Shown here: positions 7,624 to 14,530 of the stretch, one piece after another | Position numbering within the stretch: position 1 is the first letter of the stretch | How the letters are laid out: every line of letters starts with the position of its first letter | From: Candidatus Hermodarchaeota archaeon | Lineage (GTDB): Archaea > Asgardarchaeota > Hermodarchaeia > Hermodarchaeales > Hermodarchaeaceae | Assembly (NCBI GenBank): GCA_016839995.1 | Contig: JAEOTD010000067.1 | Span: forward strand, 1-14,530 | Length of the DNA: 14,530 nucleotides | Direction of reading: 5' to 3' | The notes under the pieces: generated by a model | Database searches by the model: none | What the model was told of the DNA's origin: nothing | What the model saw: only the letters and a program-made list of their open reading frames with translations | Translations under genes and position numbers: made by a program

Positions 7624-8391
7624 TTAGAGGTCAGCGGCGGCTAATCGATCTCGGAGAAGACCTAGTATATCATTACGTCTTCCACGAAAATCGTATCGTT
7701 GCAGAAAATGAACTGAGTTTTGACTTACTTCCACTTGGCAGATGATACCTTCAGGATCTTCTACTGAATAGCGAGTTCCTTCGTCCGTTTTTGTAACACT
7801 TACATAGCACATTGGAAAAAAGTCAAGGATTGATGAGATGAGAATTCCTACACGGATGATGCCGAGACCTTGAAGCTCTCGGGAAGGTTTCGGTGCAACT
7901 GTTTCAGTAGTAGGCTTGGCGGGAGCAGCTTCAGTTACAGCAGGGGTTGGTGTTGTGACTTTTTCAACGGGGGCTGGTTGAGGAGCGGGTTTTGTTGGTG
8001 GAGGAGCTGGTGAGGGCGTTCCTCCAAAGCGCCCCAGGACTCCTTCTGTGATGTTGAACTTCTGGCTCAGGGTATGAATTAGTTGGTCATAGTATCCTTT
8101 GATTTCAGGGTCGTCGAGGATTTCACCATCAATAATTTCGATGTTTGTAACATCACGACCAATGCGGTATGGACCTAGTTGATAGCCTGCGCTTACAAGA
8201 GAGCGGGCTTTTCGTTGGGCGGCCCGTCGTTCAACAAGTGTGGTTGAGGAGCCTTGCCAGAGCCAGACCCGCTCCTTGAGTTCGTCGATAGCTATGACGA
8301 TTCGATCGTCGGTTAGAGCCTCGGTTGATAAGGGGAGGGGTTCGATTATCCCTGAGGAAAAATCGAGTAGTAACACAAATTTATCTGCCAT
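7624..8391 (-). CDS. Gelsolin-like-domain protein with Pro/Thr/Ala-rich linker and C-terminal uncharacterised domain (paralog C)
   Basis: 255 aa. 'DRIVIAIDELKERVWLWQGSSTTLVERRAAQRKARSLVSAGYQLGPYRIGRDVTNIEIIDGEILDDPEIKGYYDQLIHTL', then linker 'TPSPAPPPTKPAPQPAPVEKVTTPTPAVTEAAPAKPTTETVAPKPS', then an approximately 85-aa C-terminal domain. Confidence 0.65.
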   Translation of the reverse strand: MADKFVLLLDFSSGIIEPLPLSTEALTDDRIVIAIDELKERVWLWQGSSTTLVERRAAQRKARSLVSAGYQLGPYRIGRDVTNIEIIDGEILDDPEIKGYYDQLIHTLSQKFNITEGVLGRFGGTPSPAPPPTKPAPQPAPVEKVTTPTPAVTEAAPAKPTTETVAPKPSRELQGLGIIRVGILISSILDFFPMCYVSVTKTDEGTRYSVEDPEGIICQVEVSQNSVHFLQRYDFRGRRNDILGLLRDRLAAADL

Positions 8392-8447
8392 TGTATCTAA
8401 TCCCGTCGGTTAAGGTTTCTTGTAAGTGAATCACATTCCATATTATT

Positions 8448-9608
8448 CTACAAGCACAATAACCTTTCTTGTGGGGGCGTAGTAACTTGGTACCCGGATT
8501 TTGTCACGGCGACGTTGATTTCGCTTCGTACTCCGAATTGCCCCTTGAGATAGATTCCCGGTTCTACAGAGGTTAGGGTGTTGGGAAGTAAGAAGCGCGT
8601 TTCTGGCATTTCATGGCTATCAAGGTTCGCGCCTTTTCCATGAGAATGCTCATCAATGCTATGTCCTGTTCGATGAAGAATTCCATGTTCAAATCCTGCA
8701 GCAATGATAATTTCTCGGGCAATTTCGTCTGGAATCCGTGCAGGGATGTTTGGTTTAATGGCAGCTGTGGCTGCATCTCTAGCTTCAAGAATGGTATCCC
8801 AGACAGTTTGTATTTCAGAGGGCACTTTTGAGCCAGTAAAAGCCATGTGTGTGATATCTGCAAAGATATCCCATTTTGCCCAAAGATCTATCATCAACAA
8901 CTGGTTCTTCTGGATAGTTTCATTCCCAGCAGTATAGTGGGGGTTTGCCGCATTGGCTTGAACAGCAACCATGGGTCCAGTAATATGGGTCAGATTTTCT
9001 TTCCTGAGCAATTCTCGCATAAAGTCAGCCACCTGTGCCTCGGTTACCGACCCGAGTCGATCTTTGACAAATTCGAAAGCTTGCCCCATGATATTTGTTA
9101 GCGTTTGGGCTGTACGTTTATGACTTCGTAATTGCTTGGGAGTAAGTACAGAATGAATGATTTGCATGAGATTTTCTCCAGACTCCCATGTAATTTTAGG
9201 CATTGTTTTTTGGAGATGGATGTATCGACCCGTGGGGAGAACATCGGTTTGGGGGTTTTTGCCATAGTTTAATGCTATGCGCTGGAACGTCTTAGTTACT
9301 TGTTGGATAGCTTGCAAAAAGGCTGCTTGGGTTCGTGTGTCTATGGTCTTGATTGATGAGTGGATACCGATTAACTCATTGCTCTCAACGGGGGATTTGA
9401 TAATGGTGATGGGATCCGAGGATGAGATTAGGATGGCGTATAATCGCGAATGGGGAGTCAATTCACCAAGTAATGCTTTACCAGTCGGATCATTTTCCCG
9501 GAAGTCAATAATTAGCCACGCATCAAGGTTTGAATCGTCCATGTATTGTCGGACAAGCCGGATTTTGTCACTCATGTTCAGAAGAGGTATGGCCACTTGA
9601 ATTACCAC
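8448..9608 (-). CDS. M24-family metallopeptidase (Xaa-Pro aminopeptidase/dipeptidase-like)
   Basis: Creatinase-like N-terminal domain plus M24 signature regions with all five metal-ligand positions apparently present: 'LLMIDLWAKWDIFADITHMAFTG' (D, D), 'HRTGHSIDEHSHGKGANLD' (H), 'LTSVEPGIYL' (E), 'GVRSEINVAVT' (E). The start is ambiguous: GTG 9608, GTG 9596 (with GGTGG upstream) or ATG 9575. Confidence 0.88.
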   Translation of the reverse strand: MVIQVAIPLLNMSDKIRLVRQYMDDSNLDAWLIIDFRENDPTGKALLGELTPHSRLYAILISSSDPITIIKSPVESNELIGIHSSIKTIDTRTQAAFLQAIQQVTKTFQRIALNYGKNPQTDVLPTGRYIHLQKTMPKITWESGENLMQIIHSVLTPKQLRSHKRTAQTLTNIMGQAFEFVKDRLGSVTEAQVADFMRELLRKENLTHITGPMVAVQANAANPHYTAGNETIQKNQLLMIDLWAKWDIFADITHMAFTGSKVPSEIQTVWDTILEARDAATAAIKPNIPARIPDEIAREIIIAAGFEHGILHRTGHSIDEHSHGKGANLDSHEMPETRFLLPNTLTSVEPGIYLKGQFGVRSEINVAVTKSGYQVTTPPQERLLCL

Positions 9609-9661
9609 CTTTAGGGAGTTGTGGTTCTAGAGACCAAAAAGATTTAGGCAAAGTGGTCCTG

Positions 9662-9682
9662 TGCTACAAGAACCCTGTAGCA
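9662..9682. promoter_or_regulatory. Inverted repeat next to TATA-like sequence in divergent promoter region
   Basis: tgctaca - agaaccc - tgtagca (7-bp perfect arms) directly followed by TTTAA (9683-9687), about 21-25 nt upstream of the ATG at 9708. Located between divergent genes. Confidence 0.4.
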
Positions 9683-9707
9683 TTTAACCAATTGCAATGT
9701 TGATCCT

Positions 9708-10616
9708 ATGGCAAGGAATTCAGCGACTGAGAAAGATAAGTTTGGAGCTATTCTGGACCAGTTACGGAAAGTACAAGCAGCAAACCGAGTATTAATACGG
9801 GGAATTCAGGAAGCAAAGAATCGAGCATGGGAATGGCGTGACAGACGAGATGAGTTACGTTCAGAAGCTCCTGTTGTTCATGAGGAAATGTCTGATCAGC
9901 GAACTAGACGGGATGAATTGAACGCAGAAGTTCAGCACCAGAAAAAGTTACGAGATGAGGCAAATGAGCATGTTCGATTGTTACAAGAACAGCTCCACGA
10001 ATTACGAGCGCAGCGAGATAATCAACGGAACTATATACCATTAGAGGAGTTACAACGACAATTTCGTGAACTCGAATGGAAACAGCAGACTACTACGCTT
10101 ACAGTAGAGGAAGAGCGAATCCTCTTAGATGAGATGGAAAGATTATCAAAAGCGATGGAAACTGCACCAACTCACACTTCTCAGTCGGCAAACCAATCAG
10201 AAGAAATGGATGAATTGTGGCAAGAGATTCAAGAAGCTCGAGATAAAGCACAAGAACATCATGAGAAAATGATAGCACTTGTTGAAGAGGCACAACAAAC
10301 ACATCGAAGTATACTCGGTTTATCTCAAGGACTTGGTCCTGCTCGATCAGAGGGTGATGAAGCTCATCAAGAGTATGTTAAATGCCTTCAAGAAGCAGAT
10401 GAGATGCGGGAACGAGTAGATGTATTACGAGAACAGGAAAGAGAGCTGAAATCTCAACTAGATAGTATTCGAAAAGATCAGAAGGCTTCTCGTCAAGCAC
10501 AAGAGCAGGCGGCTATGGAGAAATTAGCAGAGCAGGCTAAGGCTAAACAACAAGCTGGGCAAAAACTGAGCATGGAAGAGCTGCGAGCCTTGATGGAATC
10601 GGATGGAATAGGGTGA
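9708..10616 (+). CDS. Long coiled-coil protein (302 aa), function unknown
   Basis: Nearly continuous heptad-like charged helix rich in E/Q/R/K/L ('LRSEAPVVHEEMSDQRTRRDELNAEVQHQKKLRDEANEHVRLLQEQLHELRAQRDN...'). No transmembrane or catalytic motif visible. Confidence 0.75.
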   Translation: MARNSATEKDKFGAILDQLRKVQAANRVLIRGIQEAKNRAWEWRDRRDELRSEAPVVHEEMSDQRTRRDELNAEVQHQKKLRDEANEHVRLLQEQLHELRAQRDNQRNYIPLEELQRQFRELEWKQQTTTLTVEEERILLDEMERLSKAMETAPTHTSQSANQSEEMDELWQEIQEARDKAQEHHEKMIALVEEAQQTHRSILGLSQGLGPARSEGDEAHQEYVKCLQEADEMRERVDVLREQERELKSQLDSIRKDQKASRQAQEQAAMEKLAEQAKAKQQAGQKLSMEELRALMESDGIG

Positions 10617-10634
10617 AGTGAGGCTAGGGTTCAG

Positions 10635-11648
10635 CTAGAACGACCGTTGATAAATGAAGTCAACCAAGGTTTCGAGTAATTGGGTTGCCTCTTTGTTGGG
10701 GAAGGAATCAAGGGCACTTTTGGCATCATTAACGAGCTGCTTGGCTTTCTTTTGGACAAAATCGCTAGCCGTTGTTTGTTTAAGGAGTGCAATGACTTTC
10801 TTGACATCATTTTCCGTGGGTTTATCGGAACGAAGAACTTGGAGAACATAGTCTCTGTCAGCTTGAGATAGAAGTGGCAGCGCCTGTAAAAGGACTACAT
10901 TACCGAGTTTATGTTCATAGATATCCTTGCCTAGTTTCTTACCAAGCTTTGCTTCTTCAGCAAAGAGGTCGAGGACATCATCAGCCAATTGAAAAGCAAT
11001 TCCAGCTTTCCAACCAAATTCTCGGGCAGCCTTTTGCATCTCCTTTGATCCAGCTGCACAGATTACTCCAATTTCACATGAAGCCCGTATTAGGGCTGCT
11101 GTCTTATACCCAATCATGGTTTCATAGTCTTCTAAGCTGACATCGCGATAACGGTGTTTTTCGGTGTATTCTTCATTACTGGGAAGTTGCTCAAATAATA
11201 CGTCCAGCCGTTCCCCTTCAACCAATTCCCGAATGGTATCAGCGATAATTCGGGATATAGCGGCATGATTGGGTGTTCTTATGGACCCCTCTTCAATTGC
11301 TTCACGATAATGTATTGCGGCTAAAATTCCAAAGTTCAAACCGAACTTCTTCCATGTCGTCGGGAGGTTTCGTCGAACATCAGCGTCGTCAATTACATCA
11401 TCGAGTATGAGAGAATAGTTGTGGACTAATTCAATTGCTGCTGCGGCTGAGAGGGCATCTTCTGTGTTTCCTCCTACTGCTTGGCAGAATAAAATTGTCA
11501 ATGCTGGTCGGACGCGTTTTCCTCCCGCTTGGACCTGATGGAACACCACTTCTTGGAAATCCTTTGAAGCACCTACGGTAAGGAGTTCCAGCATTTTGTC
11601 ATCTACTTGGGAACCAAGCTTCCCGAGAACTTGTAAAATATCAGACAT
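10635..11648 (-). CDS. Type-I polyprenyl diphosphate synthase (geranylgeranyl/farnesyl diphosphate synthase-like)
   Basis: 'GGKRVRPALTILFCQAVGG', first Asp-rich motif 'NYSLILDDVIDDADVRRN', 'ELVEGERLDVLFE', 'YKTAALIRASCEIG', second Asp-rich motif 'AFQLADDVLDLFAEEAKLGKKLGKD'. Confidence 0.9.
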   Translation of the reverse strand: MSDILQVLGKLGSQVDDKMLELLTVGASKDFQEVVFHQVQAGGKRVRPALTILFCQAVGGNTEDALSAAAAIELVHNYSLILDDVIDDADVRRNLPTTWKKFGLNFGILAAIHYREAIEEGSIRTPNHAAISRIIADTIRELVEGERLDVLFEQLPSNEEYTEKHRYRDVSLEDYETMIGYKTAALIRASCEIGVICAAGSKEMQKAAREFGWKAGIAFQLADDVLDLFAEEAKLGKKLGKDIYEHKLGNVVLLQALPLLSQADRDYVLQVLRSDKPTENDVKKVIALLKQTTASDFVQKKAKQLVNDAKSALDSFPNKEATQLLETLVDFIYQRSF

Positions 11649-11756
11649 TCCAAGTCACCAACGACTGTCTGGTCAGCTCCTTAGTTCTGAACTTTAAGGC
11701 TTTTTCTCAATGAGCTTACTTCAGTGTTTAAAGCCGTTTCAAGTTAGTTCTGTATT

Positions 11757-12656
11757 CTATAACACTTTTTGAAAGCGTTTTGCTTGAATACAAAGGAAGG
11801 TAGTGATAATGCGAGCGGCGGCAATAGCCGTGATGCCTTGGTCATATTGTGGTGTAACCTCAGTGATATCGAATATCATCGCTCGAGGAGTAACCACGCG
11901 AAGAATTGTGAGTAATTCAGAGGTTGTCAGTCCTCCAGCTTCAGGGTTTCCTACAGCGGGTGCATAGGCTGGATCTAGAACATCCATGTCGATTGAAATG
12001 TATAGAGGAGGACCTGGAGGGATAGCGTCGTTGATTCGTCGGGCTATTGTTGCTGCGCCTTCTTTTCGAATATCATTACAACTGTAATATGTGATTTTGT
12101 GTTCTTGGGCGTAGTCGAATTCTTCCTTCGATACTGCTCGAATTCCAATTTGGATGAGATGATCAGGACCGAGCTGTTCGACAATTCGTCGTTGGACACT
12201 GGCATGAGAGAATTCCTGGTCATTGAATCGATCACGGAGATCCATGTGGGCATCAAATTGAAGAAGCACGATGTCACGAGGAAGAGCCCGAACTGCTGCA
12301 AGTGTCAATGTATGTTCGCCCCCGAGGAGGATTGGAATCTTTTCTTCCTGTGCGATTTGCCCCACTACCGATTCGACTGCACGAAGCATGCTTTGGACGG
12401 TGTGTGGTTCAAAAGTGATATCACCGATATCTGCTATTGGAAGGTGTGCTGCATCAACGTTATTTTGTTCATCGAGACAAAAGCTTTCAATCATTTGTGA
12501 AGCAGTGCGGATTGCCGCAGGTCCTTGCTTTGAGCCTTTTCGATATGTACTGGTTTCGTCAAATGGAACTCCGGCAACTACAAACGATGCCGTGGATGGA
12601 TCGATTGGTGCCCCAAATAATGTGTTTACGACTGGTGAAACGCCTTGTACTGTCAT
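11757..12656 (-). CDS. speB: Agmatinase / arginase-ureohydrolase family enzyme
   Basis: Mn ligand motifs present: 'LLGGEHTLTLAAV', 'LLQFDAHMDLRD', 'YISIDMDVLDPAYAPAVGNPEAGGLTTSELL', and 'DITEVTPQYD'. ATG with GAGG upstream. Confidence 0.9.
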   Translation of the reverse strand: MTVQGVSPVVNTLFGAPIDPSTASFVVAGVPFDETSTYRKGSKQGPAAIRTASQMIESFCLDEQNNVDAAHLPIADIGDITFEPHTVQSMLRAVESVVGQIAQEEKIPILLGGEHTLTLAAVRALPRDIVLLQFDAHMDLRDRFNDQEFSHASVQRRIVEQLGPDHLIQIGIRAVSKEEFDYAQEHKITYYSCNDIRKEGAATIARRINDAIPPGPPLYISIDMDVLDPAYAPAVGNPEAGGLTTSELLTILRVVTPRAMIFDITEVTPQYDQGITAIAAARIITTFLCIQAKRFQKVL

Positions 12657-12714
12657 GATAATCCCTCATTTGAAAAGACGGTTTTTCTGCTATTTGGGTC
12701 TTCCCTTTCTCCTT

Positions 12715-13938
12715 CTAGATAATTTGTGTAGGTAGTTTTAGTTTAAGGTCGGAAATTCGAGATTTGAGAGTGGAGGGAGTATGGGTTTCATAGTAAACGG
12801 TATTGATGAATTCGTCGGTAAGATGAGCCTCTTGGGCTGCTTTGAAGAAGCCTCGAATTAGCCATGCCCCTACTAAGTAGGTGTACCCATATGGTCCCCA
12901 CATGGGATCTGTCATGAATGGTAATCGTGCTTTTGCATAAGGTTCTTCGTAGGCTCCAAGGTCTTGAAGGTACTCTGTAACTTCAGATTCACTCCGTTGA
13001 TCCTTGTGGAGCATGCCAAGAGCATTGATACCAACTGCCCGACGAAGTTGTATGAGATATGTTGAGACTGACTCAGGCATGGTTAATGGACGAGCATCAT
13101 GTAGGATATCGGAGCCTGCTTCAGCGATTCCTTCAGCAATCGTGCATTCGGGAGAGTTGATAATTGCTATCGTTGACTCCAAGTTATGTGTACCTTGATG
13201 GTAACCGGATTCTTGTTTTACTAATTGGGTTTGGTGTCCCGGGTAGGTTTCGTGCGTTACCCATTTCCAGATGCTATATTTACTGCGAGGCAATTCGATG
13301 TTGATTTCAATAATAGCTTGATAATTTCCCTGATAATAGTTATAGGCACTCCAAGGTGCTTCAGGAACGGCGCGAAATTCGACTGTTTCTTGTGGAGGAA
13401 GCGTGAACAGAAGCTGTTCCGTTGCTCTGCGAGCATCAGCTGCTGCGTCTTGGGCCAGAGGGATAATTTCTACTCCCATTGTCATTGCGCGTTTTCGCCA
13501 TCGTGTTGCCATTGAGGTTAAATCGCCTTTGAGAACCTCTTTTCGAAGTGCTCTGTTTGCCTTTTCACTAAGCTCCTCAACGCGTTCTGCCGATATGACA
13601 ACAGGAGCAATATCTAAGCCTGTTTTCACACGTTCTTCAAAAGAAACGTTTTCACCAAGACCATATTTCACTAGGAGGGTCATTGCATCCAATTGCTTAA
13701 TCAGATAGGTTCTTCGTGGGTTCTCCCGAATCTGTGATTTTACCGATTCTCGAAGCTGGCGAATCGATTTCATCAGGTTGTCAGGATCAACTTTCTTCTT
13801 TTTTGGTTTCAAGTTCGGTGGACCAAAATAGCAATCGACGATGATAGTGTTGTCTCCAAGTTGGGTTTTCAAGTAATGGTCTAACTGAAATGCTAATCGA
13901 ATATACTCTTCACCAGGATCAAAAATTTCAGATTCCAA
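12715..13938 (-). CDS. DUF885-like putative metallopeptidase family protein
   Basis: 407 aa. 'KWVTHETYPGHQTQLVKQESGYHQG' matches the HExxPGHxxQ-type motif, with a downstream 'STIAIINSPECTIAEGIAEAGSDIL' Glu region. TTG start (13938) with strong SD GAGGTG overlapping the end of the upstream GTPase gene. Confidence 0.75.
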   Translation of the reverse strand: MESEIFDPGEEYIRLAFQLDHYLKTQLGDNTIIVDCYFGPPNLKPKKKKVDPDNLMKSIRQLRESVKSQIRENPRRTYLIKQLDAMTLLVKYGLGENVSFEERVKTGLDIAPVVISAERVEELSEKANRALRKEVLKGDLTSMATRWRKRAMTMGVEIIPLAQDAAADARRATEQLLFTLPPQETVEFRAVPEAPWSAYNYYQGNYQAIIEINIELPRSKYSIWKWVTHETYPGHQTQLVKQESGYHQGTHNLESTIAIINSPECTIAEGIAEAGSDILHDARPLTMPESVSTYLIQLRRAVGINALGMLHKDQRSESEVTEYLQDLGAYEEPYAKARLPFMTDPMWGPYGYTYLVGAWLIRGFFKAAQEAHLTDEFINTVYYETHTPSTLKSRISDLKLKLPTQII

Positions 13939-13942
13939 AGGA

Positions 13943-14530
13943 TTACACCTCAGGAAAGAGTTTCTCCATCAGTTGTGTAGCCAAATCTGTGAAGGCTTCA
14001 GTGACGTTGCGCCCATCTAAGGCACTGGTTTCATAGTATTTTCCTTGAATACGATCAGTTGCTTGTGTTGCGGCGTATTCAGATACGGCTCGTTCTGATT
14101 CTAAATCGGTTTTATTTGCCAAGACTACTCGGATAAAATCGTTGCCTAGGGTTGATGTGACCTCGTCTAACCATTTGGATTCGACTGCTGATGCAGATGA
14201 GGCGCGAGTAATATCAAAGACGAAAATAACTGCATTGGCACCAGTATAATATCTCTGACGAAGTGGTTGAAATCGTTCTTGACCCCCAGTATCAAATAAT
14301 TGTAGTTTCAGTTTTTGTCCTTTCACATCTATGATTTTGGTGACAATATTGACTCCAATACTTGGTTTATAGTCATGCTCAAATTTATTTTCAGCAAACC
14401 GCCGGATTACACTGGTTTTTCCTACGCCCCAATCACCAACAATAACGACTTTGACAACGTATCCGGCTTTCCCAGGTGTTTCAGCTTCAGAGGTATTTGA
14501 AGGATGAGATTGTGCGCAGATTGTCCTCAC
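13943..14530 (-). CDS. Ras-superfamily (Rab/Ras-like) small GTPase; 5' end may extend past the window
   Basis: G1 'GDWGVGKTS', G2 region 'HDYKPSIGVNI', G3 'LFDTGGQERFQPLRQRYYTGANAVIFVFDIT', G4 'LANKTDL', G5 'ETSAL'. GTG codon sits exactly at the window edge (14530), and no other start codon exists between it and G1. Confidence 0.93.
   Translation of the reverse strand: MRTICAQSHPSNTSEAETPGKAGYVVKVVIVGDWGVGKTSVIRRFAENKFEHDYKPSIGVNIVTKIIDVKGQKLKLQLFDTGGQERFQPLRQRYYTGANAVIFVFDITRASSASAVESKWLDEVTSTLGNDFIRVVLANKTDLESERAVSEYAATQATDRIQGKYYETSALDGRNVTEAFTDLATQLMEKLFPEV

Noticed and set aside
8573-9600. Several ORFs (both strands) overlapping the M24 gene: 8573-8863, 8613-8831, 8704-8937, 8847-9101, 9277-9600
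   Set aside because: All overlap a well-supported M24 coding region and encode low-information sequences; treated as spurious.
12657-12714. Weak inverted repeat gaaaa...ttttc between agmatinase and DUF885 as terminator
   Set aside because: Arms are short and AT-only, with no oriented T-tract; probably just the leader containing the agmatinase SD (GAGG).
12044-12735. ORFs 12044-12301, 12099-12500, 12271-12735 and 12437-12658 overlapping the agmatinase gene
   Set aside because: The agmatinase frame carries all metal-ligand motifs; these alternative frames are shadows.
13004-13708. Plus-strand ORFs antisense to the DUF885-like gene
   Set aside because: Cys/Arg/Ser-rich reverse translations of a supported coding region.
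14313-14530. GTG at 14530 as a definite start for the small GTPase
   Set aside because: It lies exactly at the window edge. It may be the true start or an internal Val; it cannot be decided without upstream sequence.
1-14530. CRISPR arrays, transposases/integrases, tRNA or rRNA genes, toxin-antitoxin or defence islands
   Set aside because: Reading the intergenic regions showed no regularly spaced repeats, no cloverleaf-like segments, no recombinase motifs and no defence-associated domains.

Overview
The window is a gene-dense archaeal contig of about 14.5 kb. It carries 14 supported protein-coding genes and no detectable rRNA, tRNA, CRISPR array or mobile element. Plus strand, left part: 3' end of an FGGY carbohydrate kinase, a LarA-like (DUF2088) racemase/epimerase, a CxxC + winged-helix protein, a V4R/TRAPP-like domain protein, a class II HMG-CoA reductase, and a gelsolin-like-domain protein with an acidic tail. 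Minus strand, middle part: M24 (Xaa-Pro peptidase-like) protein, two more gelsolin-like-domain proteins, a multi-pass membrane protein and an 80-aa protein. Plus strand, single gene: a coiled-coil protein. Minus strand, right part: Rab/Ras-like small GTPase (may be 5'-truncated), DUF885-like HE(x)YPGH metalloprotein, agmatinase/arginase-family enzyme, and a type-I polyprenyl (geranylgeranyl) diphosphate synthase. The Rab-like GTPase, gelsolin-like folds and V4R/TRAPP-like protein, together with archaeal-type lipid genes, suggest an Asgard archaeon (Heimdall-like). That is inference and not proven by the sequence. The most interesting signal is a family of three paralogous proteins (4748-5683 +, 6715-7425 -, 7624-8391 -). 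They share an approximately 110-aa N-terminal domain resembling a gelsolin/ADF-H repeat ('(V/I)DE...hWhWhG...R..A..KA..h'). This is fused through P/T/E-rich linkers to divergent C-terminal domains, and one gene is closely linked to a membrane protein gene. It may be an undescribed cytoskeleton- or membrane-associated module.
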